Shown here piece by piece: positions 18,178-29,884 of a stretch of 63,391 nt of DNA. Both the position numbers and the translations under genes were made by a program. The stretch comes from an uncultured Pelagibacteraceae bacterium (GTDB lineage: Bacteria > Pseudomonadota > Alphaproteobacteria > Pelagibacterales > Pelagibacteraceae). The stretch is taken from assembly GCA_902514605.1 (NCBI GenBank), contig CABXRL010000001.1, positions 1 to 63,391 of the forward strand. Direction: 5' to 3'. The notes under the pieces are model-generated. The model saw nothing but the letters and a program-made list of their open reading frames with translations. It had not been told where the DNA came from and searched no databases. Every line of letters begins with the position of its first letter. Position 1 is the first letter of the stretch.

Positions 18178-19860
18178 ATGCTCTTAAAAAAAATAAAATT
18201 TATATTTATTGTTTTGATAATTTATCAAACTTCATTTAATTCTCAAAGTGCTAGTTTTGATAGTTTTAGTTCCAAAAATATATCAAAATATTTTTCAGGT
18301 ATAGTAGCTTTTGAGAATAAAGACAATTCTTCAGCACTAGAATTTTTTGGTTCATCAAAGATTCTACTCAACGCACATGAACCTTATTTAAAAAGATACG
18401 TTAATTCTTTAGTTCTAGAAAATAAAATTTCTCAAGCAGTAAATTTACTCAAAAATAATCGAAATAAAAACCAAAAATTTTTTGATGCTTATTTATTGTT
18501 GATAGCAGATAGTTTAAAAAAGAATGATCTAAATAAAGCATATAAGTATTTTTATGAGATAAAAGACTTTGATGAACAAAACGGTTTTAATTCTGCTATT
18601 TGGGAGAGTTTGAAACAATATATTTATCTTTTTAAAGAAAAAAAATTTTTGGATAAAAAACAAAATTTTGGTAAATTATCTGTTATTTCTGAGGCTTTTC
18701 AAAGATGTTATTTGGATGATAAAAATACAGACTCTTATTTTCTTAAACTTATAAATGATTCTGAGGGCGATTATACAAGATACATATTTTTCTATTTAAG
18801 TTACCTGATCCAGAACAACAGATTACAGGAAGCGAGAACTCTCGCATATGAAATCGAATATATTAATTCCACTTTGTTATTATCTCAGGGTAAAAGTTGG
18901 ATTGAAAAAGGAAATCCAGAAAAATTGACACAAGTTTTTTCTTGTAAAAATCCAAATGAAATAGTCGGTGAATTTTTTTTTCTAGTTTCAAACTTGTATT
19001 CTTCGCAAGATAATTTTAACAAATCGAATTTCTACTTAAATTTATCTAATTTTTTAAATCCCAAATTTGAATTTAATTTAGCTCTAGTAGCAGAAAATCA
19101 ATATTTTAATCAAGAATACTTAAAAGCAAAAAAAACTTTAAAAGTCTTTAAAAAAGAGGACGATTTTTATTACTGGTTTAGAGTTAAAAAGGAGGCTCAA
19201 ATAATTGAGAAACAAAGAAATAAAAAAGAGTCTTTGAATTATATTACAGCTGAGTTTAATAAAATTGATGAGCCAAATAAAAAAATATTATTTGATATTG
19301 CAAACTTTTATAAAAATTCAAAAGAGTATGAGCAAGCAATAAAGTATTATACAATATTAATAGAGTCATTTGAGATAAGTTCCGAGATGCAATCTGATCT
19401 TCTTTACAGAAGGGGAGGTAGCTATGAAAGAATAAATAAATTTGAAAAGGCAGATGAAGATTTGTTACAAGCCTTAGAAATTACCCCAGACGATGCCTAT
19501 ATTCTGAATTACCTTGCTTATTCTTGGCTTGAACGAGATTATAAAATTTATGAAGCAATTGATATGCTTAAAATAGCTTATGAGGCTACTACTGACGATC
19601 CTTATATAATTGATTCTATTGGATGGGCTTATTATTTGATTGATGATTTTATTAAGGCTGAAAAATTTTTAAAAAGAGCGGTAGAGTTGATGCCAGATGA
19701 TCCGATAGTGAATGATCATTATGGTGATATTTTATGGAAGTTAAATCGTGAAATTCAAGCAAGATATTTTTGGATAAATGTTCTTGAAATGAAGGATGCA
19801 GAAGAGGAAATGATTAACAAAATAAATATTAAGTTGATTGAGGGAATAAAGAACTCTTAA
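18178..19860 (+). CDS. exported tetratricopeptide-repeat protein
   Basis: Signal-like N-terminus; LNYLAYSW, IIDSIGWAYY, DHYGDILW TPR motifs; position upstream of ispE is typical. Confidence 0.85.
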   Translation: MLLKKIKFIFIVLIIYQTSFNSQSASFDSFSSKNISKYFSGIVAFENKDNSSALEFFGSSKILLNAHEPYLKRYVNSLVLENKISQAVNLLKNNRNKNQKFFDAYLLLIADSLKKNDLNKAYKYFYEIKDFDEQNGFNSAIWESLKQYIYLFKEKKFLDKKQNFGKLSVISEAFQRCYLDDKNTDSYFLKLINDSEGDYTRYIFFYLSYLIQNNRLQEARTLAYEIEYINSTLLLSQGKSWIEKGNPEKLTQVFSCKNPNEIVGEFFFLVSNLYSSQDNFNKSNFYLNLSNFLNPKFEFNLALVAENQYFNQEYLKAKKTLKVFKKEDDFYYWFRVKKEAQIIEKQRNKKESLNYITAEFNKIDEPNKKILFDIANFYKNSKEYEQAIKYYTILIESFEISSEMQSDLLYRRGGSYERINKFEKADEDLLQALEITPDDAYILNYLAYSWLERDYKIYEAIDMLKIAYEATTDDPYIIDSIGWAYYLIDDFIKAEKFLKRAVELMPDDPIVNDHYGDILWKLNREIQARYFWINVLEMKDAEEEMINKINIKLIEGIKNS

Positions 19861-19861
19861 A

Positions 19862-20704
19862 ATGCAAGCTAATATTAGATCGTATGCAAAAATAAATTTA
19901 GCTTTAAATGTAATAAAAAAAATTTCGAATTTTCATAAAATTGAAAGTATTGTTTCATTTATTTCTCTACATGATGAAATACTAATTAAAAGAATTATTT
20001 CAAAAAATCACATCATTTTTTTTACTGGAAAGTTTTCGAAAAATATTGGCAAAATTAATACTGTTTCAAATTTATTAAGTATTTTGGATAATAAAAAATT
20101 GTTAAAAAATAAAAAATTTAAAATTAAAATTAAGAAAAATATCCCAGTTCAAGCTGGATTGGGTGGAGGCTCTATGAACGCAGCTAGTATCTTAAATTAT
20201 TTAATTAAAAAAAAGATTGTAAGAATTAATCAAAAACAAATAGTAGATATTTGTAAATTAGTAGGTTCTGATGTGGTTTTAGGTCTCAATTCAACCAATA
20301 CAATTATTAATTATAAGGATGGAATTAAACGTTTTGCTAATGACAAAAAAATTTATACTTTAATCGTCAAACCTACAATTGGATGCTCCACAAAACGAGT
20401 ATATTCTAAATTAAGAAAATTTAATAAGCCAAAATTTAATAAGCCCAATAAACAAATGTTTAATTTAAATTTTTTAAAAAAAATGACTAATTCGCTAGAA
20501 CCAATTGTTTTTTCTATGCATAGAAAGTTAAAAAACATTAAATTTTTTTTAGAAAGATCCACCTGCGCTGAATTTGTAAGAATGACTGGATCGGGCTCAG
20601 CATTAGTTGCATACTTTTATTCTAAAGAAAAATGCGATAATGCTAAAAGGCATTTTAATAAAAAATACAAAAATTACTGGTGTATATCTTCAAAAACTAT
20701 ATAA
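19862..20704 (+). CDS. ispE: 4-(cytidine 5'-diphospho)-2-C-methyl-D-erythritol kinase
   Basis: AKINLAL, KNIPVQAGLGGGS, GSDV, RMTGSGS. Confidence 0.93.
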   Translation: MQANIRSYAKINLALNVIKKISNFHKIESIVSFISLHDEILIKRIISKNHIIFFTGKFSKNIGKINTVSNLLSILDNKKLLKNKKFKIKIKKNIPVQAGLGGGSMNAASILNYLIKKKIVRINQKQIVDICKLVGSDVVLGLNSTNTIINYKDGIKRFANDKKIYTLIVKPTIGCSTKRVYSKLRKFNKPKFNKPNKQMFNLNFLKKMTNSLEPIVFSMHRKLKNIKFFLERSTCAEFVRMTGSGSALVAYFYSKEKCDNAKRHFNKKYKNYWCISSKTI

Positions 20705-20737
20705 ATCATATTTTTTTGTGTTATATGAACTTAATAC

Positions 20738-20811
20738 TGGGGCGTAGCCAAGCGGTAAGGCACGGGTTTTTGGTACCTGCATCCTAGGTTCGAATCCTAG
20801 CGCCCCAGCCA
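20738..20811 (+). tRNA. tRNA-Gln(TTG)
   Basis: TGGGGCG/CGCCCCA acceptor, anticodon arm CGGGT-TTTTGGT-ACCTG, GGTTCGAATCC, encoded CCA. Confidence 0.95.
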
Positions 20812-20814
20812 ATT

Positions 20815-22089
20815 ATGAAAAACTTTTTAAAAAAAATTTTTATTAGTTCTAATAATCTAGATAATATCAGTCATGGTATCAAAGAAATTTCTAAAAATAC
20901 CCCAATTAACAAGATATTCAAAGCTTTAAACAATTATTCTGCAAACAGCGAAGTTAGATATGTTGGTGGATGTATTAGAAAAATATTGAATAATGAAAAA
21001 GTTGATGACATTGACCTGGCAACAAACCTAGAGCCTGAGATAGTTTGCGATGTGTTAAATACCAATAATATAAATTTTTACAGAACTGGTATAGAGCATG
21101 GCACAATTACATCAGTAATAGACGATTATAAATTTGAAATTACTTCTTTGAGAGAGGATGTATCAACTGACGGAAGACATGCAAATGTAAAATTTTCTAC
21201 AAGTTGGAAACAAGACGCATCAAGAAGAGACTTTACAATCAATTCTATTTATTCAGATATTAATGGAAATTTATTTGATCCTTATAATGGTAAAAATGAT
21301 CTTGAAAAAGGTTGTATAAATTTTATAGGCGATCCAGATAAAAGAATAAAGGAGGATTATCTAAGAATTTTAAGATATTTAAGATTCTTTATTGCTTATT
21401 CTAAACAACCTCACAACACCCAACTTATAAGAAAATTAAAATCGAATATTGAAGGTGTTTCAATGCTCTCAAAAGATAGATTATTAGATGAATTACAAAA
21501 GCTCATCAATGCAAAAACTTTGGAGAAGCTATCTAAAGACAAAACATGTATGGAGTTAATTTCAATAATTTTCCCTGAGTTAAAAAATATCAATATATTT
21601 TCAAAATTAAATTCAATTAAAAGGGAGATAATTGAAAATTCTGATTTTATTTTTTTAATATCTTTGATGGTAATTGATGAAACTGATAATTCTGAGTATT
21701 TTTTATACAAATTTAATATTTCTAAAAAAGATGAAAAAAGAGTTAGAAAAATCAGTAATTTTTATAAAGAAAATAAAGGGTTCAAAAAACTTAATGAAAA
21801 AATCGTCAATGAAATTTTTTATTATGATGGAAAACAAGCAGTTTCTGATATTTTAAACTTTAAAATTGTCAAATCGAAAAAAATTGATAGCAATCTTATA
21901 AAATTGAGCAAAACTTATTCAAATAAGACCAAGCCAATTATACCAATTGGAGCGGTTGAATTAATGGAAAAATATAAAATTCCAGAGGGCAAACAACTTG
22001 GTGTAAAACTTAAACTAATTGAAGAGTTATGGGTAAAAAATAACTTTAAAATTTCTGACCAACAGCTAGAAAAAATCATAAAAAATTAG
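20815..22089 (+). CDS. cca: CCA tRNA nucleotidyltransferase
   Basis: [49 protein letters not shown]. Confidence 0.9.
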   Translation: MKNFLKKIFISSNNLDNISHGIKEISKNTPINKIFKALNNYSANSEVRYVGGCIRKILNNEKVDDIDLATNLEPEIVCDVLNTNNINFYRTGIEHGTITSVIDDYKFEITSLREDVSTDGRHANVKFSTSWKQDASRRDFTINSIYSDINGNLFDPYNGKNDLEKGCINFIGDPDKRIKEDYLRILRYLRFFIAYSKQPHNTQLIRKLKSNIEGVSMLSKDRLLDELQKLINAKTLEKLSKDKTCMELISIIFPELKNINIFSKLNSIKREIIENSDFIFLISLMVIDETDNSEYFLYKFNISKKDEKRVRKISNFYKENKGFKKLNEKIVNEIFYYDGKQAVSDILNFKIVKSKKIDSNLIKLSKTYSNKTKPIIPIGAVELMEKYKIPEGKQLGVKLKLIEELWVKNNFKISDQQLEKIIKN

Positions 22090-22562
22090 ATATATTTCAC
22101 GTCTTTGATTTCAAAATTTTTTTTTCCTGCTGGAGTAATAATTTCGACTAAATCATTTTTATTTTTTCCAATCAAACCCTTTCCAATAGGTGATTGAAAA
22201 AAAATTAATTTATCCTTTAAATTAGCCTCATCTTTTCCAACAATTTTATAATTTATTTTATCACCGGTATCTAAATTTTCTAAATAAACTGTTGAGCCAA
22301 AGATTACTTTACCCTCATTGGTTAATTTTGTAACATCAATTACATTTGCTCGAGCGATGATATCGTTTATTTCTGTTATCCGACCCTCATTATGAGATTG
22401 TTCTTCTTTCGCAGCATGGTATTCAGCATTTTCTTTTAAGTCACCATGCGATCTCGCTTCTGCAATCGCTGCAACTATTTCAGGTCGTTTTTTTTCTTTT
22501 AGAAGAATTAACTCTTCTTTTAATTTTTCTAATCCATTTAAAGTTATTGGTTCTTTATCCAT
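22086..22562 (-). CDS. greA: transcription elongation factor GreA
   Basis: [28 protein letters not shown]. Confidence 0.96.
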   Translation of the reverse strand: MDKEPITLNGLEKLKEELILLKEKKRPEIVAAIAEARSHGDLKENAEYHAAKEEQSHNEGRITEINDIIARANVIDVTKLTNEGKVIFGSTVYLENLDTGDKINYKIVGKDEANLKDKLIFFQSPIGKGLIGKNKNDLVEIITPAGKKNFEIKDVKYI

Positions 22563-22563
22563 A

Positions 22564-23391
22564 TCATTTCCATTTAACCAGCGGAGGAAGAGACATCAGA
22601 ATACCTTCGGTATTTCCACCAGTTTGCAATCCAAACTTAGTCCCTCTATCATAAAGTAAGTTAAATTCAGCGTATCTGCCCCTTTTTAGATACTGTGTCT
22701 CTTTATCTTTAGACGTCCACTTTTTTTTTACTTTTTTTGATATTATATTATTAAAAATCAATTGAAAAGTTACACCAACATCTCTTACAAATTTAAAATC
22801 TTTCTCAAAATTATCTTTCTTATAGTCAAAAAAAATTCCACCTATACCTCTAGGCTCTTTTCTATGTGGTAAATAAAAGTATTCATCGCACCATTTTTTG
22901 TACTTTTTGTAAAAATTTTTATTGTGCCGATTGCACATTTTTTTTAGTGTTTGGTGAAACACTTCTTTTTCTTTTTTATCAATCTTAGATGGTGTTACAT
23001 CCATTCCGCCACCAAACCAACCATATGTTGTAATAATATATCTAGTGTTGAAATGCATAGCTGGAATAAAAGGATTTTTCATATGCATAACAACTGAAAT
23101 TCCAGAGGCCCAAAATCTTGGATCTTTTTGGGCACCTGGTATATTTTTTTGAAACTCTTTTGGAAATTTTCCATAAACTTTTGAGAAATTCACTCCAACT
23201 TTTTCAAACACATTTCCATTTTGAAGTATTCTATATTCACCTCCACCCTCATCTTTTTTGGGACTCCTTTTCCAGCTTGTAGATATGAATTTAGATTTAT
23301 TTTTCTCAATTCTTATTATATCTTCACAGAATGCATTTTGGAGAGTTTTAAACCAATTACTGACAAGTTCTCTTTTAATCTCTAAGTTCAT
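22564..23391 (-). CDS. hemF: oxygen-dependent coproporphyrinogen III oxidase
   Basis: [53 protein letters not shown]. Confidence 0.96.
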   Translation of the reverse strand: MNLEIKRELVSNWFKTLQNAFCEDIIRIEKNKSKFISTSWKRSPKKDEGGGEYRILQNGNVFEKVGVNFSKVYGKFPKEFQKNIPGAQKDPRFWASGISVVMHMKNPFIPAMHFNTRYIITTYGWFGGGMDVTPSKIDKKEKEVFHQTLKKMCNRHNKNFYKKYKKWCDEYFYLPHRKEPRGIGGIFFDYKKDNFEKDFKFVRDVGVTFQLIFNNIISKKVKKKWTSKDKETQYLKRGRYAEFNLLYDRGTKFGLQTGGNTEGILMSLPPLVKWK

Positions 23392-23392
23392 T

Positions 23393-23866
23393 TTAAAAAT
23401 ATTTTGTTTGTTTTAAACTTTCGGCTAAAATAATAGCCACAGAAGTTGCAACATTCAATGATCGTTTATTATTTTCCATAGGTATCTTCAATCGATTTTT
23501 TATTAATTTATGAACGTTATCGGGAACTCCTGCACTTTCTCTTCCAAACAAAATTGTATCATTCCCTTTAAATTTGAATTTTGTATAAGATATAGATGCC
23601 TTAGTTGTCATCAATATAACTCTATGATTCTTTTTTGATCTTAGAAATTCATTAAAACTTTTGTGAAATTTTATGTTTTCCTCTTCAATATAATCCATTA
23701 CTACCCTCTTAAATCTTTTATCAGTCAATAAAAAACCACAAGGTTCTATAATCTCCAATTTTGCCCCCAGACATGCACAAGTTCTTATAATAGCAGCTGT
23801 ATTTTGAGGTATATCTGGTTCAAATAATGCAATTTTTGGCCTAAGATCTGTTGATTTCTGTGTCAT
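23393..23866 (-). CDS. trmL: tRNA (cytidine/uridine-34 2'-O)-methyltransferase, SPOUT family
   Basis: EPDIPQNT, FGRESAGVP, IPM...RSLNVA. Confidence 0.9.
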   Translation of the reverse strand: MTQKSTDLRPKIALFEPDIPQNTAAIIRTCACLGAKLEIIEPCGFLLTDKRFKRVVMDYIEEENIKFHKSFNEFLRSKKNHRVILMTTKASISYTKFKFKGNDTILFGRESAGVPDNVHKLIKNRLKIPMENNKRSLNVATSVAIILAESLKQTKYF

Positions 23867-23959
23867 TCTATCAGTAGTAAAATCAGTATTATATATTATA
23901 TGAATTCTTAGATTTAAGTAGAAAAAATCAATATTGAGTATATTTAATAATTATTACTA

Positions 23960-24469
23960 ATGTCGGAAAAAAAAACAAAAAGAAGAGATTTTTTATTTAC
24001 AGCTACTTACGCAGTTGGTGCAGTAGGTGCTGCAGCTGTTGTGTGGCCAATGATAGACCAAATGAATCCTGATGCTTCCGTCAAGGCATTAGCTAGCACA
24101 GAAGTTGACATAAGTTCAATGAATCCCGGAAAAACTATAACTGTTTTATGGAGAGGTAAGCCAGTTTTTATTAGAAGAAGAACGCAAGAAGAAATTGCTG
24201 AGGCAAAAGCAGTTAAATTAAAAGATTTAAAGCATCCTGAAAAAGATGAAGATCGAGCACAAAATCCTGAGTGGCTCGTAATGCTTGGAGTTTGTACTCA
24301 TTTAGGGTGTGTTCCTTTGGATCAAAAAGGAGATTACAATGGTTGGTTTTGTCCATGCCACGGATCACATTATGATACATCTGGTAGAATAAGAAAAGGT
24401 CCAGCACCAACAAATATGGAAATTCCCCAGTATAAATTCGTTAACACTAATACAATTAAAATTGGATAA
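23960..24469 (+). CDS. petA: cytochrome bc1 Rieske Fe-S subunit
   Basis: Tat RRDFL, CTHLGC, CPCHGS. Confidence 0.97.
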   Translation: MSEKKTKRRDFLFTATYAVGAVGAAAVVWPMIDQMNPDASVKALASTEVDISSMNPGKTITVLWRGKPVFIRRRTQEEIAEAKAVKLKDLKHPEKDEDRAQNPEWLVMLGVCTHLGCVPLDQKGDYNGWFCPCHGSHYDTSGRIRKGPAPTNMEIPQYKFVNTNTIKIG

Positions 24470-24474
24470 AAATT

Positions 24475-25737
24475 ATGAGTGATCACGAATATACCCCTAA
24501 TTCAAAATTTGGAAAATGGTTTAATGACAGATTGCCTTTACTCACATTAGCGAGTCATTTAACTGATTATCCCACACCGAAAAATTTGAATTATTGGTGG
24601 ACCTTCGGGGGGATACTTACTTTCTGTTTAATAACTCAAATTGTGACTGGATTAGTTTTGGCTATGCATTATATCGCCCACGCAGATATGGCGTTCGATA
24701 GCGTAGAGCACATAATGAGAGATGTTAACTATGGGTGGTTAATTAGGTACATTCACGCTAATGGTGCTTCAATGTTTTTTTTAGCAGTATACATACATAT
24801 ATTCAGATCTTTATTTTATGGATCTTATAAATCTCCAAGAGAGGTTATTTGGATTATAGGAATAATAATTTATTTATTAATGATGGCAGCAGCTTTCTTA
24901 GGATATGTTCTCCCTTGGGGGCAAATGAGTTTTTGGGGTGCTACTGTTATAACAAATTTATTCAGTGCCATTCCTTTAGTAGGCGAAGGTATTGTAACTT
25001 GGTTGTGGGGAGGCTATTCAGTAGACAATCCGACTTTAACCAGATTTTTTACACTTCATTACTTAATTCCTTTTTTAATTTTAGGCTTAGTGGTACTTCA
25101 CATTTGGGCGCTTCATGTTCCAGGTAACAATAATCCTATTGGAATTGACATTAAAAAACCTTCTAAGGATACTGTGCCTTTTCATCCTTATATCGTAATT
25201 AAAGATGGTTTTGCTCTACTCATGTTTATGATTGTTTTTGCTTTTTTTGTTTTTTACACTCCTAATATCCTAGGTCATGCTGATAATTATATTGAAGCAA
25301 ATCCTCTAGTTACACCTGCACATATAGTGCCAGAATGGTACCTTTTACCTTTTTATGCAATATTAAGATCTGTTCCAGATAAACTTTTAGGTGTTGTAGC
25401 GATGTTATCAGCGATTTTAATTCTTGCAGCTTTACCTTGGCTTGATACCTCAAAAATAAGATCTGCAGTTTTTAGACCTTTGTATAGACAATTTTATTGG
25501 ATCCTAGTTGCCGATGTTTTAATACTAGGCTACGTTGGAGCCATGCCTGCAGAGGGACTTTACTTACTGATTGCAAGAGTTGCTACAGCCTACTATTTCT
25601 TACATTTTTTAGTAGTTCTTCCGATTTTGGGATATAAAGAGAGAACTTTACCTGTCCCTCTCAGTATAACTGAACCTGTCTTAGGCGGATCTCCTAATTT
25701 AGCATTAGCCAAAAATAAAGAAAAATTTGAAAATTAG
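24475..25737 (+). CDS. petB: cytochrome b
   Basis: [28 protein letters not shown]. Confidence 0.98.
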   Translation: MSDHEYTPNSKFGKWFNDRLPLLTLASHLTDYPTPKNLNYWWTFGGILTFCLITQIVTGLVLAMHYIAHADMAFDSVEHIMRDVNYGWLIRYIHANGASMFFLAVYIHIFRSLFYGSYKSPREVIWIIGIIIYLLMMAAAFLGYVLPWGQMSFWGATVITNLFSAIPLVGEGIVTWLWGGYSVDNPTLTRFFTLHYLIPFLILGLVVLHIWALHVPGNNNPIGIDIKKPSKDTVPFHPYIVIKDGFALLMFMIVFAFFVFYTPNILGHADNYIEANPLVTPAHIVPEWYLLPFYAILRSVPDKLLGVVAMLSAILILAALPWLDTSKIRSAVFRPLYRQFYWILVADVLILGYVGAMPAEGLYLLIARVATAYYFLHFLVVLPILGYKERTLPVPLSITEPVLGGSPNLALAKNKEKFEN

Positions 25738-26516
25738 TGAGAAACTTCTTAAGAATATTTTTAATCACAATATTATTTTTTGGGTTTTCTGTAACATCTA
25801 ATGCAGCTGAAAAAGTAGAATACCTAAAAACTGATTGGAGTTTTAAGGGCCTTTTCGGAAAATTTGATAGAGCAGCATTACAAAGAGGTTATCAAGTTTA
25901 TACTGAAGTTTGTTCATCCTGTCATTCTATGAAATATCTGAGTTATAGAAATTTAGCTGAAGAGGGTGGACCAGAATTTACTGTAGCTCAAGCTAAAGCA
26001 ATAGCAGCATCTTTTGAAGTTACAGATGGACCAAACGATGATGGTGAAATGTATACTAGACCAGGTAAACTATCTGACAAGTTTGTAATGCCATATGATA
26101 ATGTAAAGGCAGCCCAAGCTGCTAATGGAGGAGCTTACCCACCAGACATGTCGGTTTTAGTTAAAGCTAGAGGAGATGGAGTAGATTATATTTATTCTCT
26201 TCTCCAAGGTTATGAAGATCCCCCTGTAGGCATGAGTTTAGATGACGGCGTTTACTATAATAAATATATGTATGGAAACAAAATAAAAATGTCTAACCAG
26301 CTTTCTGATGGCCTTGTTGAGTATGGTGATGGTACAAACGCATCAGTTGAACAAATGGCAAAAGATGTAACTACATTCTTAATGTGGGCTGCTGAGCCAC
26401 ATTTAGAGTCAAGACACCAAATGGGATTTAAGGCTATTGTTTATTTAGTTATATTAACAATTTTAGTTTACTTTAGTATGAAAAAGATATGGTCACGTAT
26501 TGAAACGGAAGTTTAA
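25737..26516 (+). CDS. petC: cytochrome c1
   Basis: LQRGYQVY, CSSCH haem motif, PPDMS, C-terminal TM anchor; GTG start. Confidence 0.96.
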   Translation: MRNFLRIFLITILFFGFSVTSNAAEKVEYLKTDWSFKGLFGKFDRAALQRGYQVYTEVCSSCHSMKYLSYRNLAEEGGPEFTVAQAKAIAASFEVTDGPNDDGEMYTRPGKLSDKFVMPYDNVKAAQAANGGAYPPDMSVLVKARGDGVDYIYSLLQGYEDPPVGMSLDDGVYYNKYMYGNKIKMSNQLSDGLVEYGDGTNASVEQMAKDVTTFLMWAAEPHLESRHQMGFKAIVYLVILTILVYFSMKKIWSRIETEV

Positions 26517-27566
26517 TACATCACCATCTTTTACTATATAGTCTTTTCCCTCTAATCTCATTTTACCGTTTACCCTAGAATTTACCCAGCCATTATTGGC
26601 AACAAAATCTTTGTATGAGATTGTTTCTGCTTTAATAAATCCTTTTTCAAAATCTGTATGAATTTCTCCAGCAGCTTTTGGAGCTTTACAATTTTTTGGT
26701 ATAGTCCATGCTCTGGTCTCTTCAGGTCCAGAGGTAAAGTATGTATCTAATTCAAGAATTTTGTAGCCTTTTTGAATTAACATGTTCAGTCCAGTCTCTT
26801 TTAATCCTATCATTTCCATATAGTTTTTCTTTTCACTCAAATCAAATCCATTTATTTGATTTTCTATATCAGCTGAAATAATCAAAACATTTTCTATTCC
26901 AAATTTTGAGATAAATTTTTCAGTATAATCATTACCATTTTGAATACTTTTTTCATCTACGTTGCATACAAATATTTTAGGTTTCAACGACAACATCCCA
27001 CTTTGATTAAGTTGTTTTTTTTCGAATTGAGATTTTATGACAGAAATATCTTTATTATTATTTATATAATCTGAAGTTATTTCAAGAATTTTTAATTGTT
27101 CATCCTCTAAGTTCTTTTTATTGTTTTTTTCTAGTCTTTTTTGAATTGAATCAAGATCAGCCAACATCATTTCTGTTTCAATTATTTCTAAGTCCCTAAT
27201 TGGATCTACATTTGGATTAACATTTTGAATATCATCAGAGTCAAAACATCTCAACATATGTATTACTGCATCAACTTCTCGTATATGAGATAAAAATTTA
27301 TTTCCTAACCCCTCTCCCTTTGATGCTCCTTTCACTAAACCTGCGATATCTACAAATGAAATAGTCGTATTTATGATTTTTTTTGAATTTGAAATTTTGG
27401 CTAAATTTTTTAATCTTTCATCTGGAACGGGAACAACACCAACGTTAGGTTCTATAGTGCAAAATGGGAAGTTTGCAGCCTGAGCCTTGCTTGAGTTTGT
27501 CAATGCATTAAACAATGTTGATTTACCAACATTTGGTAAGCCAACTATTCCACATTTTAAACTCAT
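26493..27566 (-). CDS. ychF: redox-regulated ATPase YchF
   Basis: GIVGLPNVGKSTLFN, ANFPFCTIEPN, GEGLGNKFL, TGS domain. Confidence 0.97.
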   Translation of the reverse strand: MSLKCGIVGLPNVGKSTLFNALTNSSKAQAANFPFCTIEPNVGVVPVPDERLKNLAKISNSKKIINTTISFVDIAGLVKGASKGEGLGNKFLSHIREVDAVIHMLRCFDSDDIQNVNPNVDPIRDLEIIETEMMLADLDSIQKRLEKNNKKNLEDEQLKILEITSDYINNNKDISVIKSQFEKKQLNQSGMLSLKPKIFVCNVDEKSIQNGNDYTEKFISKFGIENVLIISADIENQINGFDLSEKKNYMEMIGLKETGLNMLIQKGYKILELDTYFTSGPEETRAWTIPKNCKAPKAAGEIHTDFEKGFIKAETISYKDFVANNGWVNSRVNGKMRLEGKDYIVKDGDVLNFRFNT

Positions 27567-28126
27567 TATCTATTATTGACTGTACTTGAAAATAGATCTA
27601 ATTTTTTTTCAACGAGAATTGAAATTGATTCTGTTATATCTGTTGTTATTTTTTCTAAGCTAACAGTCTCATCTTCATTAAAGTTTTGCAAAACATAATC
27701 CGCAACATCCATTGGATCCTTTGGTTTACCAATTCCAATCCTAACCCGTGAATAATCTTTGCCAATAAATTTATCAATAGAGGCGACTCCATTATGGCCT
27801 GCGCTTGATCCTCCAAATTTAGTTTTAATTTTTCCAAACTCAACATCTAAATCATCATGAAAAACAACTACATCTTCTGCATCTATTTTAAAATATTCAA
27901 TTAATTCTCTTATACAAATTCCAGAATTATTCATGAATGTTAATGGCTTTATTGCATAAACTTTCTTGCTACCTATATTTCCAGTTGTTAAAAGGCCTTT
28001 AAATTTTGGTTTTTGTTTAGATAGATTAAATTTTTTATTTATACAGTCTATGATCTTAAATCCAATATTATGCCTGTTATTTTCACTGTCTGGAGTTGGA
28101 TTACCTAATCCTACGAATAATATCAT
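27566..28126 (-). CDS. pth: peptidyl-tRNA hydrolase
   Basis: VGLGNP, RHNIGF, KPLTFMNNSG, HDDLD, GHNG. Confidence 0.96.
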   Translation of the reverse strand: MILFVGLGNPTPDSENNRHNIGFKIIDCINKKFNLSKQKPKFKGLLTTGNIGSKKVYAIKPLTFMNNSGICIRELIEYFKIDAEDVVVFHDDLDVEFGKIKTKFGGSSAGHNGVASIDKFIGKDYSRVRIGIGKPKDPMDVADYVLQNFNEDETVSLEKITTDITESISILVEKKLDLFSSTVNNR

Positions 28127-28159
28127 ATATTAATGAAGTCTAATTTCAATTTTGATTAA

Positions 28160-28900
28160 TTATTTTTTTTCTTCTTGAGATTTTTTTTCTACAGCTTTTT
28201 TTTCATCAGGTTTTTTATCATCACCATCTTTTTTATCTCCTTTTGCTGGATCTGCTGCAGTTTTGTCTCCCTCGGCTGCAACTTCTACTCCATCTTCACC
28301 CTCTACAGCTTCTGTTTCAGCTGGCTTCTCTGGTTCTTTAATAACTGTTGGTGCCGCAAGTGTAGCTATCACAAAGTCTCTACCTTGAATAGTTGGAGTT
28401 ACTTCAGCGTCTAATTTGATAGATGAAATTTTAAAGCTTTCTCCAATGTCAACTCCCTCAAGATCTATAGTTAAATTTTTTGGTATTTTTTCACTTGGAC
28501 AATTTAATTCGACTTTTCTTCTAACTATATTTAGAACCCCACCTCTTTTAAGGCCTGGTGATTTTTCATGATTAATAAAATTAACTGGAACCTCAATCTT
28601 AATTTTTACTCCTGGAAGTATTCTTAAAAAATCTACATGTATAGGTTCATCGCTTAAAATGTGATATATAACTTCTCTTGGTAAAACATTCTGAGATTTT
28701 CCGTCTACATTTAAGGTAATAATATTTGATAAAAAGTTTTCTTTATCGATTAAATTCTTCAACATTTTTTTTGAGATAGATATTTTTTGGTTTTGGTCTT
28801 TTCCACCATAAATAATTGCAGGAACATTTCCACTATTTCTAATGGCATTCAGCTGTCCTTTTGTAGAATTATTTCTAACGTTAGCTTCTAAAGAATTCAT
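28160..28900 (-). CDS. rplY: 50S ribosomal protein L25/CTC
   Basis: VPAIIYG, HVDFLR, SPGLKRGG; charged low-complexity tail. Confidence 0.94.
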   Translation of the reverse strand: MNSLEANVRNNSTKGQLNAIRNSGNVPAIIYGGKDQNQKISISKKMLKNLIDKENFLSNIITLNVDGKSQNVLPREVIYHILSDEPIHVDFLRILPGVKIKIEVPVNFINHEKSPGLKRGGVLNIVRRKVELNCPSEKIPKNLTIDLEGVDIGESFKISSIKLDAEVTPTIQGRDFVIATLAAPTVIKEPEKPAETEAVEGEDGVEVAAEGDKTAADPAKGDKKDGDDKKPDEKKAVEKKSQEEKK

Positions 28901-28943
28901 AAGAGGAGATTTTTTAACTCATGTTTATAAATAATCAAGGTAA

Positions 28944-29876
28944 TTATTTAAATAAATCAGAAACAGAGTTTGAATTAGATATTCTTTTAATTGCTTCACC
29001 CATAAGGCTTGAGATTGGTAAAACTTCTATATTTTTAACATTTTTAGTTTTTTGACTATTATCGATTGTGTCAGTTATAACCAAATTTTTAATTACTGAA
29101 CCTTTGATTTTTTTGACAGCTTCTCCACTTAGTACTCCATGAGTAATATATACATAAACTTCTTTTGCCCCACGTTTTTTCAAAGCTTTAGCAGCATTAA
29201 CAATAGTGCCACCTGAATCAATTATGTCATCAACTATTACACATGTTTGATCTTTTACATCGCCAATAACATTCATTACTTGTGACTGACCAGGTTTTGG
29301 TCTCCTTTTGTCAACAATTGCTAAACCAACATTAAGAAGCTTGCCAAGAGCTCTAGCTCTTTCGGTGCCTCCCACATCAGGTGCAACACAAATAATTTTT
29401 TTGCTTTTAATTCTTTTTCTAACATGTCTTGCAAATATTGGTGTTGAAAAAAGATTATCTACAGGAATATCAAAAAAACCTTGAATTTGTCCTGCATGTA
29501 GATCGACTGTTACAATTCTATCAGCACCTGCTTTTGTAATTAAATTTGAGACCAACTTAGCTGAAATAGAAGTTCTTGGAACAACTTTTCTATCTTGTCT
29601 AGCATACCCAAAATATGGAATAACAGCCGTGATATTTTTTGCTGAAGATCTCTTGAGGGCATCTATACACAACAATAATTCCATCAAGTTATCATTTGCT
29701 GGGGATGATATAGACTGAATTATAAAAATGCTATTTCCTCTAATATTTTCGTTAATTTCAATATATATTTCTCCATCAGCAAATTTTCTAATACTTGAGT
29801 TTACAAGTTTAGTCTTTAAATATCTGGCGATATTTTTACTAAGTATTTTATTGCTGTTTCCAGTTAACAGTTTCAT
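28944..29876 (-). CDS. prs: ribose-phosphate pyrophosphokinase
   Basis: FADGE, PYFGYARQDR, DLHAGQIQGFF, VDDIIDSGGT. Confidence 0.97.
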   Translation of the reverse strand: MKLLTGNSNKILSKNIARYLKTKLVNSSIRKFADGEIYIEINENIRGNSIFIIQSISSPANDNLMELLLCIDALKRSSAKNITAVIPYFGYARQDRKVVPRTSISAKLVSNLITKAGADRIVTVDLHAGQIQGFFDIPVDNLFSTPIFARHVRKRIKSKKIICVAPDVGGTERARALGKLLNVGLAIVDKRRPKPGQSQVMNVIGDVKDQTCVIVDDIIDSGGTIVNAAKALKKRGAKEVYVYITHGVLSGEAVKKIKGSVIKNLVITDTIDNSQKTKNVKNIEVLPISSLMGEAIKRISNSNSVSDLFK

Positions 29877-29884
29877 TGGAAAGT

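Noticed and set aside
28160-28340. Low-complexity E/K/D tail of L25 and repeat-like DNA
   Set aside because: Normal disordered tail of alphaproteobacterial L25/CTC; not a tandem repeat element
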